Made by a program: the position numbers and the translations under genes
In this document: positions 38,461 to 51,917 of the stretch, one piece after another
How the letters are laid out: the number at the start of each line of letters is the position of its first letter
How positions within the stretch are numbered: position 1 is the first letter of the stretch
Notes under the pieces: model-generated
What the model was told of the DNA's origin: nothing
Databases searched by the model: none
What the model saw: only the letters and a program-made list of their open reading frames with translations
NCBI RefSeq assembly: GCF_006345805.1
Contig: NC_043007.1
Span: 66,712,001-66,776,000, forward strand
DNA from: Octopus sinensis
Taxonomy: Eukaryota
DNA length: 64,000 nucleotides
Reading direction: 5' to 3'

Positions 38461-38930
38461 CCTGTCTAACTACCTGTCAATCTATCTATCCACCTATCTT
38501 GAATGTAATGGGGTATGAAAGAGGAAGGGATAACGAAGAAGACAAAGTGTTAGAGAGACTTCACGTATTTGTGTATGCTTACGTATACGTGATTGCGCAT
38601 GAGTAAGTATATTATAGTACGTGCCGATGGACGTGAACGTGGATGAATACATACACATGTATGCATGTGTGTGTATGTATGCGATTGTCTACGTGCGTGT
38701 GGGTCTGTCTGTGCATGTAAGCATGTATGTCGTATTCAGGCATTTTAGGTTTATCAATGTGCTATAGAAGCACGAATGTGTGTACGGTCCTTCATTGAGT
38801 TTTGTCATACGTTTGAATAGGTGTGTATAAGTGTGACTATATATGTATGTATGCATAGACAGAGGTACACATTCATATATGAATGTATGTGTGTATGTGA
38901 GTGCGGGCGTGTATATACATACATTAAATA

Positions 38931-38973
<43 letters not shown>

Positions 38974-39608
38974 ACACACGCACATATAATATATATATAC
39001 CATATATATGCATACATTATATATATATATATATATAATAATATATATATATATTATATATACATATATATATGTATAATATATACATAACACATATATA
39101 TATAAACATATATATATACATTCATACATACATACATATATACATATATAAATATGTATATGTATATGAATATATAATATATATATTAGAGATAGATAGA
39201 TAGATAGATAGATATATTTTCTTATTAGCCACACAGGGCTGCACACAGATAGAACAAATTACAAGGTAGAGCTTTTCTTTTGAAGGTATTAAAAAAAAAA
39301 AAAAAAAAAAAAGGAAGGGGAGGTTCGAACAAAAGGGATCGTAAAAGGAGAGAAAGAGGACAAAAATAAGGGGGGTTAAAAAAAAAAAAAAAAGGGGGGG
39401 GGGAGAGGAAAAAAAATGATCAATAGGGATCGTTATCACAGAAATGTCAATATGAAGTGTAAAGGGGAGGACAGGTGAGGTTTACCCGTGGAAAGAAAAG
39501 CCTGCGGAAAGACCACGGTAACCTCGGTCAATGAAGTCACATTTTATATTTCTTTTTTTTTTTTTTTTTTTTTTGCAAATAAGCAACTCTCTGTTTTCGA
39601 TTTCTGGG

Positions 39609-42600
39609 TCATAGGACTATGCTCAAGGTGGCTTCGTCATTCATACGTGCCATTCTTGCTACATTCACCATCTTTTTTTAAAAACATTCGCTAGACAAAA
39701 CTTGCCTCTCTACTCTCACTTTCTTTTCAAGTGGTACTTGAAGAAGTTGATGAGAGATTGACCAGAGAGGAAAGTGTTTGTCTCCAATCCTTTCAGACGC
39801 GTCCACCAGATACATTCTTTCGCCATAGCCACAAGGATGATGAAAATAGCTCTTCCTTCCCGTTTGAAGGAAGGAGGCGTGACAATATTGACGATAGACT
39901 CAGCTGATAAACCGACTCGTCCCACACGTGACAGCAGTGGTTCGACATAAGCCCACAGGTCGGAAATTGTTGGACACTGAACGAGTGCGTGCAGAACGGT
40001 TTCGTCGCTCTGACCGCATCTCGGGCAGGTCGGCCCCGTGTTTCTCGAGCCGTGTCTGTAGAGCTTATCCCGAAACGGGTAGCGCTTCTCGGTAGCACTG
40101 CCAGGCCAGGGATCTCTGGAAGTTGTCCATGGGCCCTGGCCCGAAAGTCGTCCCGAACAGGCGGGTCAGGTACTCCTCGTCGACGTCCAGGTTCGCCCCG
40201 AGCTCGTCGTCGTACCTCCCCTCCACTAAACCCTATAGAATGCTTTGGTTGTGTTGAAGTCACTTAAGGTCGACCCAGGACGGCAGAGTTGCTTGAGAGC
40301 AACGCGACACTCGCGGTGCCATTCGCCCTTCCTCGGCCTCTTTTTGATCCACGACTGCAGTTCGGTCATGGAGACGAGCTGCGGGAAAGCGTGCCTCACA
40401 AACGGCGACCACACCTGTTCACCGTCGTCTACATAGAGCCAGAGATGTCGCAGTCTCAGCGCGTGTCTGCGCATCATCAACCACGGCATGCCCAGCCCTC
40501 CTTTTAAGGTGTTGACAGCAAATGGATCGCCTGACCATCGGGACGCATCCTTTCCACAAGAAGCGAAAGAGGAGCGTTGTAGTTTGGTGATGGTAGGGTC
40601 GGGACAAGGTACGACGGTCAGGCGGTAGTAGATGACGGACGCGATGTACGTGTTCGCCACCTCCGCTCGACCTTTTAGGGACAGTTTCCTCTCGGCCCTT
40701 GCCGGGCGAGAGTGACCACCCTACTCGTTATCTCGTTCCAGTTCTTCTCCACTTGGAGGTCCGGACCAAACCAGACCCCGAGCAACTCAACCGGGCCGTC
40801 GGTCCAGCGTCCCACGACGGAGGCGCTGGTGGACGGCATGGGCTTGCTTTCCAGGTGCCTAGCCTCGCAAGCCCACTGACTTTTCCCGGTGATTTTCGCT
40901 CCTGTCACCGCTTCGTAGTTTTTCAGTGTCTCGCCGACCAGCTCGATGTGCTCGTGGCTAGACACTATGACGGTGACGTCGTCCGCGTATGCAGACACGC
41001 TCGTCCCGCATCCCAATTCTCGCGGGATGCCCCTTAGAGTCGCCAGCTTCCGCAGTAGTGGCTCAAGAGTCAATACGTATAGAAGCGCCGAGAGGGGGCA
41101 TCCCTGACGGACCGAACGTGCAATGTCGAAAGGTCTCGATAGATGTCCATTTACACGAATTACCGAACGGATGCCTCTGTACAAGGCAGCTATCCAGCCG
41201 CGGAAGACGGGACCGAAACCAGCCGCTCTCAGGACTGCCTCCAAGTATCGATGGTCTACCTATCAAAGGCTTTTGATTGATCCAAGTTGATCAGGGCCCC
41301 ACCCATGCCAGGTTCGTTAACTACCCTGTCTATGATGTAGCGCATCAGATGGAGGTTGTCATGGATGGTCCGGCCTGGCACGGCGCAATGTTTGCGCCTT
41401 GTCGACCAGTTTCTCGATGACAAGCGCCAACCTCTTGGCTAGCACCTTGGCCAAAATTTTCAAGTCTGCATTAAGCAGAGTGATGGGCCTAAAGTTATCT
41501 ATTACATTTCCCTTGTTTAGATCTTTCTTCAGCAGTGTTACGGCTCCTCGGCTCACAAAACAGGAATGCTCCCGTTTTTGCTGCCAGTTGCAGTACACCG
41601 CCGCCAAGAGATCTCCAAACAAGTCTGCATACAATTGTAAAGCTCGTAGGGTAGACCATCCAAACCCGGTGATTTGTCCCTCGAGCATTCTGCCATCGCA
41701 TTCCCGCACTCCGCCGCCGTGATGGCACCTTCGCAGCACCCTGCCTTTCTTGTCGAGAGTCGTGGTAGGCTATGTAGGTAGGCACTGAAGTCCACCCTAC
41801 GTTCTTGCCCTCCACTCGTTCCGAACAGTCGGGCAAAATGCTGCTGAAAGGCCTCACACATTTTACTTGGCTCGAGCAATTCGCGCCCCTGTTCATCTAC
41901 CAGTGACCGAATGGTGGCTTTGTTGCCCTGTTGCGCCTCTGCCACCGGGCCTCTCTCGCGGCTCCAACACCTTCGTTCCTTAGAGCACGCATCCTAGCTC
42001 TGACAGCACATCCTTCGTGTTTGGCGTTGAAGTGTTGGTCGAGGGCCAACCTCGCCGCCAAAACGTCGGATGCGATGCCGCTTCTAATTGCCTCTTCTAG
42101 CTTCTTAACTAGTTCACCCTCTACTCTATTTCTATCTATGGCTAGTGCTTTGCTGTACCTAATCGCTTCTGCTTTTACTGCTCTCTTGAGGGCAAACCAC
42201 CATTTGTTGTTGATGATGGCTCCCGTCAAAGCCCTCTTTACTAGTGTGCTAATCCGGTCTCTGAAAACTTGTCTCGATGGGAAAGACGCGTTTAGTTTCC
42301 AGTATCCGGGACCCTGCCTAAGTGTCTTACCTAAGTCTAGCGTACATGTCACAAGTTTGTGATCCGTGTAGCTGACTATGTGGAATTGTGGACATCCTAT
42401 GCTATCTCTATCTACTGTCCTACACAGTATCCTATCTAGATACGATCTCGACGACCCGATGCGGTTGCTCCATGTCCACGTTGGCGCATTCGGGTGGTCT
42501 AGTCGAAACCTGTTCAGACAGTTGAAAGCGTCTGAGCAGGTCTCTGAGGCATTTGCATCCCCGTCTATTCCTATCTCTACCCACGTAGTCTACATGCGTG

Positions 42601-43033
42601 TCCAAGGTAGCATTCCAACCCCACTAAGAGTAAAGGACGAGACGTTCCCAAGAAAACTTCTAGACGTTGAAAGAAATCCGCCCGACCTGTTAGGGCGGTG
42701 CGTAAACTGATACGAGCCGAAAAGCGCACCCATTGCTGCCGTCGACATCCAGGACGACCAGTCTACCCTCCGGGTCTACGAATATTGTCCTTACATTGAG
42801 ATCCAGACTCTTGTGAAAAAGTACCGCGGTGCCACTACCGCCCATTCTCGGCAGACAGGGGAAAATAAATGTTGAACTGTCCGCCAACATGGTCTTTAGG
42901 GCCCGCGGATTGTGGAGTCTGGTCTCGCTTATGGCTATGATTTCTAACTTATGTGACTTTATGTCATTTAAGAGGTACCCTTGTTCCAAGGGGACCCCAA
43001 GCCACGCGCATTTACACAACCAATCTTGATCAT
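39609..43033 (-). pseudogene. Tx1 ORF2: APE endonuclease, reverse transcriptase and C-terminal Cys-rich region; frameshifted
   Basis: Starts MIKIGCVNARG. EN motifs: IIAISETRL, LVSVYAP, SYLDRIL, YTDHKLVTC..GPGYWKLN. RT motifs: NFRPITLLNADLKILAKVLAKRL, SKAFDRVDH, SVRQGCPLSALLYVLTLEPL, AYADDVTV. Stop at 39609-39611; many single-base indels. Confidence 0.9.
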
Positions 43034-44284
43034 AGTTCTAATGAATTAGAATACAGAGGGTTACTTACTGCTGCGAAAGTTTTTGCTTTCTCCTCCGTTG
43101 GTTTGTCCTCGAGAAGATCCCAGTACAGTTTCTTTGTGAGATATTTTTGGCATTTACCAACCGCACTGGGGAAAATGCCTTTGAGTGTGTGGTGCAGACT
43201 TTGGAGATGTGTGTATTATTTTGATGTGGTCTGTGGTGTTGTGTATGGGTGGTTGTTTGTTTTTATGTCATCTTCTGTTATGTTTGTTTTTGATTGGATG
43301 TATTCCATCAAATTTGGTTTTTTGGTGTCTATGGCTGTGAGCATGTTTGCTGTATATGTTTTTGTGGTGTTGGTGTGGCTGTTGTTTGCGTTGGGTTTTG
43401 AAATGTCTTCGGGAGATGTTATTCCCCCTGCTTTGTCGTGTTGCATTTGGTTTGGTTGTGTTTCTGCTCTTTATTTTCCTTCTTTTTGTAGCTATTTGCC
43501 ATTCCTCACTGGTTTCGTCTTCCGACGAAATTTCTGAGAATCAGAAAGGGGGTAGGGGATGTTTGTGGGGCTCTATGTATGTCTGTGTAAGTGGTGTGTT
43601 GTTGTTTCGGTGTTGTTGTTGTTGAGTTTTTGTGTGTGTTGAGTGCGGTATAAGGGATGGGGATCAGTTTTGTGTGGTTTTCTTTGTTTTTCTGTTCCTT
43701 GGGTTTTGCTGTTGATGGTAGTGTTGGTATTTTCCAGGTGTCGAGTGGTTTTTGGTTGATTACGGATTAGCTTGGTGTGCTTCTCTTTTTTGTCGTCTTC
43801 TGTGTTGATGGTTGGTGTGGGTAGTAGAGCTTTTTTCCGGAGTGCTTTGTGGTGTAGTGGTTGTTGTTGTTGCTCTTGGTGTGCAGTGGTTGGCACGTCT
43901 TTTTCAAGTGTGTTTCGCTTCCACACAAATAGCAGCGTGGCGCCTGCCCTCTACCACTATATAGAGTTTGTAGCCTCCTGGCAGTTCTATAGCGGTGGGT
44001 ATCTTCTCTCTTGCTGCTTCATCCAATGGAAGCAGGAATTCGATTGATTTGCCCAACTAGTCTTTCTCTCCTAGAACCGCGATTCCAGGATGTTTGTCTC
44101 TGACATTGTCTCTGACATTTCAAAGCAGATGGCAGAGACCACCCATTGTGTTTCGACATCAAATGGTATTTTTTTTATTTGGACTTTCGTGACCCTTTTG
44201 TTTAAAATAGACTGGTATCGTTACCAAGTCGTCCGAATGTAGCTCCAATGTGGAAAACGTTTTGCTAAACTTCGTTGAGGATGA
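43030..44284 (-). pseudogene. Tx1 ORF1 (gag-like): CCHC zinc knuckle and T/Q/K/N-rich low-complexity region; frameshifted, no start seen
   Basis: IELPGGYKLYIVVEGR..RCYLCGSETHLKKTC (Cx2Cx4Hx4C) near 43900-43990. The C-terminus ...KKLYWDLLEDKPTEEKAKTFAAVSNPLYSNSLEL* overlaps the ORF2 ATG. Confidence 0.8.
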
Positions 44285-44340
44285 GATAGATAGATAGATA
44301 GATAGATAGAATAGATAGATAGATAGATAGATAGACAGAC

Positions 44341-44412
<72 letters not shown>

Positions 44413-44555
44413 CGATAGATAGATAGATATAGATATATAGATGTATATACGTATTTCTATATACACATATTATATCATATATATATATATATGTATGTGT
44501 ATGCATATAGCAAATATATGTGTGCATGTATGTATGTGTATACATATATATATAT

Positions 44556-44718
44556 ATTTCTTTACTAACCACAAGTGGCTAACACACAGAGAGGACAAAC
44601 AAGGACAGACAAAGGGATTAAGTCCATTACATCGACCCCAGTGCGTAACTGGTACTTAATTTATGGACCCCGAAAGGGTGAAAGGCAAAGTCGACCTCGG
44701 CGGAATTTGAACTCAGAA
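44556..44718 (-). mobile_element. SINE family A head-less monomer with Tx1-like tail in (TA)n
   Basis: atttctttactaaccacaagtggctaacacacagagaggacaaac...gaatttgaactcagaa. Confidence 0.8.
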
Positions 44719-45324
44719 TATATATATATTCTTTTATCCATAGAGTTAGTGACCAAGCGCACACAAACAAACATACATACACACCTACACACACATGTAT
44801 ATGAATATAGCTATGCGTGCGTGTTACGTGTGTGTAACTGTAGCTATGGGGTGAATGCATTTATACAGTTGTATGTGTATGTATTTAATATATATCAGCA
44901 TATTGCGCGTTGTATTGTGTTTGGGATGCGTATTACAAATATGTATAACAAGTATATTAGTGCGGTATGTCTGTGTGCGTGTGTGTGTGTATGTGTGTGT
45001 GTGTGTGTGCGTATGTTTGCGTGTGCGGGAGAGAGAAAGTGAGAGAGAAAGAGAGAGAGAGCCTTCATACTGGCCTGTGTAAACATATAAACATATTCTT
45101 TATATATTCATATGATTATGTATGCTTGTATTTATATATGAATGTTTGTATTTATGTATGAATGAGTGGATGCATGCATATATGCATATACCTATTGTGC
45201 ATATGACTGCATATGTATATGCATGCATCATTTATGCATTTGTGTGTATATTGTGACTATTTATTGAACGATAAGAAACTGCATGTATATGTGTGTGTAT
45301 GCATATATATTATATATATATATA

Positions 45325-45580
45325 CCAAAATAATAAATAAAACATATGCATATATACATACATATATGTACGTACCTACATCTATATGTATATATACATG
45401 CATATATGGGTACAGGACACCAAAAAAACGTCGAACACAATGAGAAACGAAAACATAAACACAAAACTAAGGAAATGAACATTTTTCTTAAATAACGAAA
45501 GAAAAAAGGTACAAAACATACAACACAAGGAACATTCCCCTTCTTCAGCCGTCTCTGTTTCATCTACTCCGCGTTTCGAA
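45325..45580. mobile_element. 'gtacaggacacc' family copy ending in a hammerhead-like relic
   Basis: Colinear with 6483-6710 and 57720-57972; ends cccttcttcagccgtctctgtttcatctactccgcgtttcgaa. Confidence 0.65.
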
Positions 45581-45667
45581 TATATATATGTATCAATGTA
45601 TTTATGTATTTATGCATGTGTGTATGTATACATGTGTGTGTCTATATGTGTGCGTGTGTGTGTGTGA

Positions 45668-45730
<63 letters not shown>

Positions 45731-46505
45731 GTTTTTCGCGGACTCTTTTCTTCTCTGTACTTCTTTGTCCGCTTTGTGACGAAGAGCTATGCTCGAAACT
45801 TAAAAGTTCCACTTCTTTTTTCCATCTTTACTATGCATCAAAATAATACGTTCTATTTGTTGTGTTGCTATTCGTTATCTTTAATGTTCGACTTTCAGTA
45901 TTCGATTTGACAATATATTTACGAAGATGCATACGTATATATATAGAGAAAGATAGAGATAGATAGATAGATAGATAGATATGACGAGCTTCTTTTCACT
46001 TTCCGTCTACCAAATCCACTCACAAGGCTTTATGGGCCAAGGACTATAACACTTGCCATATATATATATATATATATATATATCTATATATATATATATA
46101 TATGCGTGTGTGTGTGTGTATGCCTAAATATATGTATGCATTTGTGTAACACTATCATTTGATTATGCGCATATTCATGTAATTTGTATCCCAACATTAA
46201 TATAATATCATACAGCATATATACATACATACATACATACATATATATATTATATATAATAATATATATATATATATGAACAGTAGAGTCCAGAGTATTC
46301 CATAAGCAGGACAGGTGCAGCCGGAGTGTAGGAAGTCCAAAAGAGAATCCGTAAAGAGTAGAAAGGTAGAAAGTCGAGTGGAGAAGTTCGTGGATGATGA
46401 GAGGAGACAGGATCAACTGGTGCGACCACGTGAGCGTGTGATATATGGGGAGAATTCACGAAAAAAACAAAAGTCGAAGACAGGTGTAGAAAACAAACAG
46501 ATGTA

Positions 46506-46715
46506 TTAGTATAACGCTCGGGAATTGAAAAAGTCTTTAACGTTTCGATCCTACGCTCTTCCACAGAAAGGAACACAGAAAGAACATTCGCCATGATAGA
46601 TCGGTAGCCACTACATACATATTTTTTCTCTCCTTGTTTTTTCTGTGTCCTTTTCTGTAGAAGAGCGTAGGCTCGAAACGTAAAAGACTTTTTCTATTCC
46701 TGAGCGTTATACTAA
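46506..46715. mobile_element. Foldback element with two inverted hammerhead-like cores
   Basis: Arms ~46506-46579 and ~46640-46715; CTGTAGA-a-GAGC-gtag-GCTC-GAAAC-gtaaaa-gac at 46655-46688 and its inverse at 46533-46566. Confidence 0.65.
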
Positions 46716-46783
46716 AACATCTTTTTCTTTTGTACACCACCTGTCTTCGTCTTTTGTTTTTTCGTAAACTCTCCCTATATATA

Positions 46784-46816
<33 letters not shown>

Positions 46817-47103
46817 CGTAACAAGTGTGTGTGTGTGTGCGTACGTGTGTGCTTGTGTGCGTGTGTGTGTTTGTGCGCGTGTGTGTGTTTGTGCGCGTGT
46901 GTGTGTGCCTATCTGTGTAGGGATGTACATAGTTTGCAAAGTATATCTGCATTACATGAATTACTATATAAATGTACAAATTGTGTAAATACTTGAGCGT
47001 AGCTTGACTGTGATTGTGATTACTTTATTACCCTTATATATATGCGTGTGCGTGTGTGTGTGTGAGTGTGCGTACATGTGTGTGTGTGTGTGCGCGAGCG
47101 TGC

Positions 47104-47148
<45 letters not shown>

Positions 47149-47849
47149 TGTGTGTGTGTGTGTAGCGTAAAGAAAAGGGAAATTGAAATCCCGAACAGTT
47201 ACCTTATGAGAATTCTGACACAATCCAAATCTGGCTAACCATATCGAATGAAAGGGAATGTTTAGAATCGTTTGAGATGAGCAGTTACATTGTACTTCAT
47301 TCGATAGTTAAATACTTAGTTCGCTTCATTGGATTTCATGTAGCGTACAGATTATATAATGAAGAATAGAACGTTAGACATCTTCAAAATTTTTTTATTG
47401 AAGTATGTTTCTTCCTCTTCCATTCCAACATAGAATGGGATATGAAAAAATACTTCGCTAAATTAATTTTGAAGATGTAAATATTTATATTTATGTATCC
47501 ATGTGTATCTGAGTATATATGTGTGTACATATTGGTATATTTACATATATAGACAAATACAGCTATGTCAAATATATAACATACATCCTTGATTTATTAT
47601 TATGGTTATACATCCTTCAAAGAGACGTGTGCCGTTACCAAATAGCAATTGAGATCAGCCCCATACGAGAATCTGATAATTTCAAGAATCAAGAATTACA
47701 CTCAATACACGCAATATCTTCTAAACCAAACAGATAGGAAAGCAATTGTGTATAGATGGGAAAAAAATACAAATTATACTCTCAGACCAAACTGGACTCT
47801 TTTTAAAAAATACTTGGGGAGACATGAATTTTGTGAGACAAATCCATAA

Positions 47850-48260
47850 GTTTAGTTACATATGAATTATCATCCATTAGGAAATCCTAGCCCGAAGCAC
47901 GCTACCATTTCGCAAAGAATTGAAGATTTTGCACTGATTTCAACCTACCTTAAAATTCTCAATCATACCATCAGAACTAGACTTCTGGAGGTGAGAGGTG
48001 AAATGTAGAATTTTGGAAAACCCTAGCACACTACTAGGAGTAAAAAGGTTCCGAAAAGAAAATTGGGTGGGAAAAAATGGGTTGGTGGTTCTGATTCATG
48101 TGAAACCTGAGACACTTGGCAAAATTCCTGCGCTGCTAGAGATCTCAGAAGAGCAATAACTGCAGGTTGTCATGAAATATAGAAGGCTTCGATGCTATAA
48201 CTGTGGAAACAGTAATCGCCTCGAGGTTTTTTACCCACTACGACAGCAGAAAATCGCAGC
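47850..48260 (+). mobile_element. Decayed ORF1 (gag-like) of another Tx1/L1-type element
   Basis: LIHVKPETLGKIPALLEISEEQ*LQVVMKYRRLRCYNCGNSNRLE parallels KIPTAIELPGGYKLYIVVEGR..RCYLCGSETHLK of the 39215-44284 ORF1. Confidence 0.5.
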
Positions 48261-49149
48261 CGAAAGAAGGCCTCCAGACAAGTCATCTGGTGAAGATAAC
48301 AGTTAGATGCCTAAATGCCAGAAAATGACTGTTGGAAAGAAAAGGGACAAGTCAAAAATACGCCGCCTAAAAAAGCCTGAACAAATTGAGGGTATAAATT
48401 CACGTGGCCAGGGATCGCCATGGAAGCAGGGATATCTGTTTACTGGATACAGATGTGATAGCCATCAAGGAGACCAGAATTTTCGAGCCACGAGACTTCA
48501 TGGTCGTTTCGGTGGATAAGAGATCTACACATCTCTTATCCGCCGAAAGTGGAAGTGGAGTGTGACTATTTTGTTCTGGAAGTCTGGATTTTACTTCATA
48601 TCCTATTAGAAAAAGGGCCAACATAAACTTAATATATACAGGATGATTACAGATGAAGTTATTTTTTACTCTTTAGAGGAGATAGGAAAGATAGTAACCA
48701 TGGTCCTTTAATTTTCAGGACTTCTGAGGTTGTTCGGGTAAAGGAAGGGCGGGAGTTATCCTCAAACTGGAAACCTAACCTGAATGGTTGCAAAAGAAGT
48801 AACTCTGTTAAAAGCAATTAAAGTGACCGAATGGTGGTATTAAAGTCACGGATTAATTCTACCATTCAAGAACTCAGAACTCAAAGAAATATAACAAATC
48901 TTCCGAAGTATTAACAATGCAACTAATCCATCGCTTCAGATTGACATTTTATTTTATCTATCTCGAAATGATAAAATGATATAGCTGACCGAGGTAGGAT
49001 TTGAATTCAGATCGTAGCGAGTCGAAATAAATATTCCAAGACATTAAGCCATACGTCCTAACGACTCCGCCAGTTCGCCACCGTTTGACCATTACTGTAT
49101 CTCAGCATCACCGTTTCGACCAGGCTATCAGATGTTGTTGTATGGTCAC

Positions 49150-49620
49150 AATGCACTTCTGGTTCTTATTGTAGCAATATTCTTTAACTAAATCGTCTTT
49201 CCGTCGTTGTGTGGTGTGGGGTGGAATCTCTGAGTAGCCGTTTCCGATCTCTTAGTTACAACTCGACAACTTCACGGGTCCACCTGCTTGTTGTATGTGA
49301 ACCTTGCGACATGTCCGGCCCATCGAAACTTGTACTCTCGGTATTCTGCGATCACATCGTTCATTTCGCTTTATTCTCTAATGATCTCATTTCAGGTATG
49401 CTTTTACAATGATATTCCTAGTAATGATCTTTCCATGGCCCTTTGCTTCGTAGCCAATCGATGTTATTACCTTTTCGTTGTAGTCCACATCTCACAGTAC
49501 TATTGAAGAGTTTAGCATGTATGGCTTTGTACAGTTTTGCTTTGAGCATTTTTATTGAGGTAAAAACTTTCCATCCTGCTATTATTCTCTTCGAGATTTA
49601 AACGTCCATGTCATGGCGCA
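49150..49620 (-). mobile_element. RTE-1-like LINE 3' fragment
   Basis: Reverse complement CEMWTTTK...KQRAMERSLLGISL...NEIIRE*SEMNDVIAEYREYKFRWAGHVARFT. Confidence 0.75.
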
Positions 49621-49699
49621 TATTTCCAGTGTGATCATAGGTCTGCACAAATTATGTGTGAATGCGATATAAATAACATTAACAGCAATTGAATATAGA

Positions 49700-49938
49700 T
49701 TTCTGGATTATCCCTTTCGACGCAGCAGCTGCAGACTGGAAGAAACCCCGCGGCAGGCCCCGCACCTGATGATTGGACTTAAGGAAATCTCCAGAGGCTT
49801 GCCGTCGTCTTGGAGAACGCAGATGGGCTGGCACGGAACAGCCAGCGGTGAGGAGCACTGGTAGACCTGGTTAGCTCTACGCATGATAACACCTTGAGTT
49901 CCCGACCCCATCAAGCAAGAGCTTGAAACAAGCAAGCA
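49700..49938 (+). mobile_element. RTE-type LINE 3' end with (CAAG)n tail
   Basis: DWKKPRGRPRT...LENADGLARNSQR*GALVDLVSST, ending catcaagcaag...aaacaagcaagca. Confidence 0.65.
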
Positions 49939-50859
49939 CATTTATTAAAAGAAGACATATTAAAAAAAATAATAACAGAAACAGAGCGGGACTAAGGGGA
50001 TGGAGACGAATTATTTAAGTATGTACATGTAACTGTTACAGAAAATAAAGAAGGGATAACTGTTGCAGGACATGGTTGCCTATGTCCTGCTTTCTAGACA
50101 GAGGTGATCATGTCCTGCCACAACTCTTCTTCCCGTCGTTGTGGAGATTTTCTGATACAAAGAAAAGATATGTATGTAACTGGGTAAATAGTAGTACTAT
50201 GGCGCGTTTAATAAAGGAAACTAATAATAGTGATTTAATGGGACTGAATGGATTTAGGTGAATTTTTTGCGTAAGCGTTGCAAGGGAAATGGTAATCGAA
50301 GATTGAAAGCTAGGTTCCAGTCAAGCAGAATTTGCAACAAAGCTTTTATTCGTGTTGTAGATGGATTTCATTTTTTCACTTATTATTGGAAAATGTTGTA
50401 CAATGAACCTCAACAATTCTCATTTTGTTCCCAGCACCTCCAACAACGCCACCACTATGACAACAACCACCGCTACTACAAATACCACCACCACCATTAC
50501 CACTACTATTGGACAATCAGGAAGTCAATGAGCTAATCAATCACCTATAAACAGATAGATCTGATTACAAAGAGTTAAAGCAACTGACTCTTTCACACGC
50601 AACTATCGATTTATCTTCCAACCAGTCTTCACTCAATACAATATGTAGCTGCTGTTCTTCTTTATTATTTTTTTTATTTTTCAGCTTTAGGTCATCCCTG
50701 ATTAAGTAGACCTTAGTATCAAAGGTTTTCTAACATTGACCATATCATCTTTTATTAAGACACGCTCAAATGACTGATAATGTTAGTTACATAGATACAG
50801 TATTTGTAATTTTCCTTCTTTTTTTTTTGCTTTGAAATTATGGTATCGATTGAAAACAA

Positions 50860-51260
50860 TAGTTTCTACTTATGGCACAAAGCCAGTAGTTTTGATGTCA
50901 GGGGACTAATCGAAATCATTACCCCCTATACTTCACTGATACTTTGTTATCGATTCAGAAAAAATGAAAAGCGAAGTTGAACATAAAAAATCAGAAACGC
51001 CCCAAGGTATCTTCTAACGATTCTGTCAATCTGCTCCTTTATTATAATCGTTTTTGGCATTGGCATAAGGCAAGGAATTTAATGGGAACCGGTAAGCTGA
51101 TTAAACCAATCCAGGTACATCTCTGGAACTTTATTTCACCGACCCTGGTGGGATGAAAGGCAAAGATTATATCAACAGGATTTGCACTCAGAACATACAG
51201 AACCGGAAAAAATACTGCACCGTATCAGGTCTGATACTGTAACGATGCTGCCACTACACA
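50860..51260 (-). mobile_element. Two degenerate SINE family A copies (~50860-51030, ~51050-51260); a third at ~48975-49080
   Basis: Residual atcgattcagaaaaaatgaaaagcgaagttga and accgaccctggtgggatgaaaggcaaag...atttgcactcagaac. Confidence 0.55.
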
Positions 51261-51823
51261 GCGATAACAAAAATAGAAATGTAAGAATACGTTTTCCTGC
51301 ATGTTCTATTAAGAAACAAACATTCTTTGCCAAACAACAGGGTTTTCCCCTGAGGTGGGCAAACAATATTTTAAACAGTATATTTAAGAAATTCCACAAC
51401 GAAATTCCCGACGAAAGATCTATATCCAGAGGCATCATTGCCCGCAACAACTTCCGACACTATTATGAGATCCTAGCTGGTGAAATATAATTTCATAGCT
51501 TCGTTGGAGCGTTGGACAAAAGGCCTTATTATAAACGTTCCACTATTTTACATTGTCTTCAAAATCTATTCATGATCACCTTGGTCTTTCAACGGCTAAA
51601 TTCTGGAGAACGGGTCGAGATAATCGACTGTTTAATCCCACCAGAATCCTGTCCCTGTAATTACGACAGAAATTATCATTCCATAGATAATCTAAATCCT
51701 ATGAGACATATACATGCATATGCATACACACAGACACACACAGAGACACACACACACACACACACACAATAACCACACACATACACACACACACACACAC
51801 ACATGTATATATATAGTATATAT

Positions 51824-51865
<42 letters not shown>

Positions 51866-51867
51866 AT

Positions 51868-51917
<50 letters not shown>

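Larger units (their letters stand above)
39215..44284 (-). mobile_element. Tx1/L1-clade non-LTR retrotransposon, near full length (ORF1 appears 5'-truncated), inserted in (GATA)n
   Basis: Two-ORF layout (see ORF1 and ORF2 entries) and a ~395-bp 3'UTR ending gccctgtgtggctaataagaaaata|tatctatc. GATA runs at 39191-39214 and 44285-~44430. Confidence 0.95.

Noticed and set aside
51182-51772. ORFs 51182-51490 and 51512-51772 as host coding sequence
   Set aside because: The first begins inside a SINE, neither has a recognisable motif, and I found no consistent splice sites. It cannot be fully excluded without RNA-seq.
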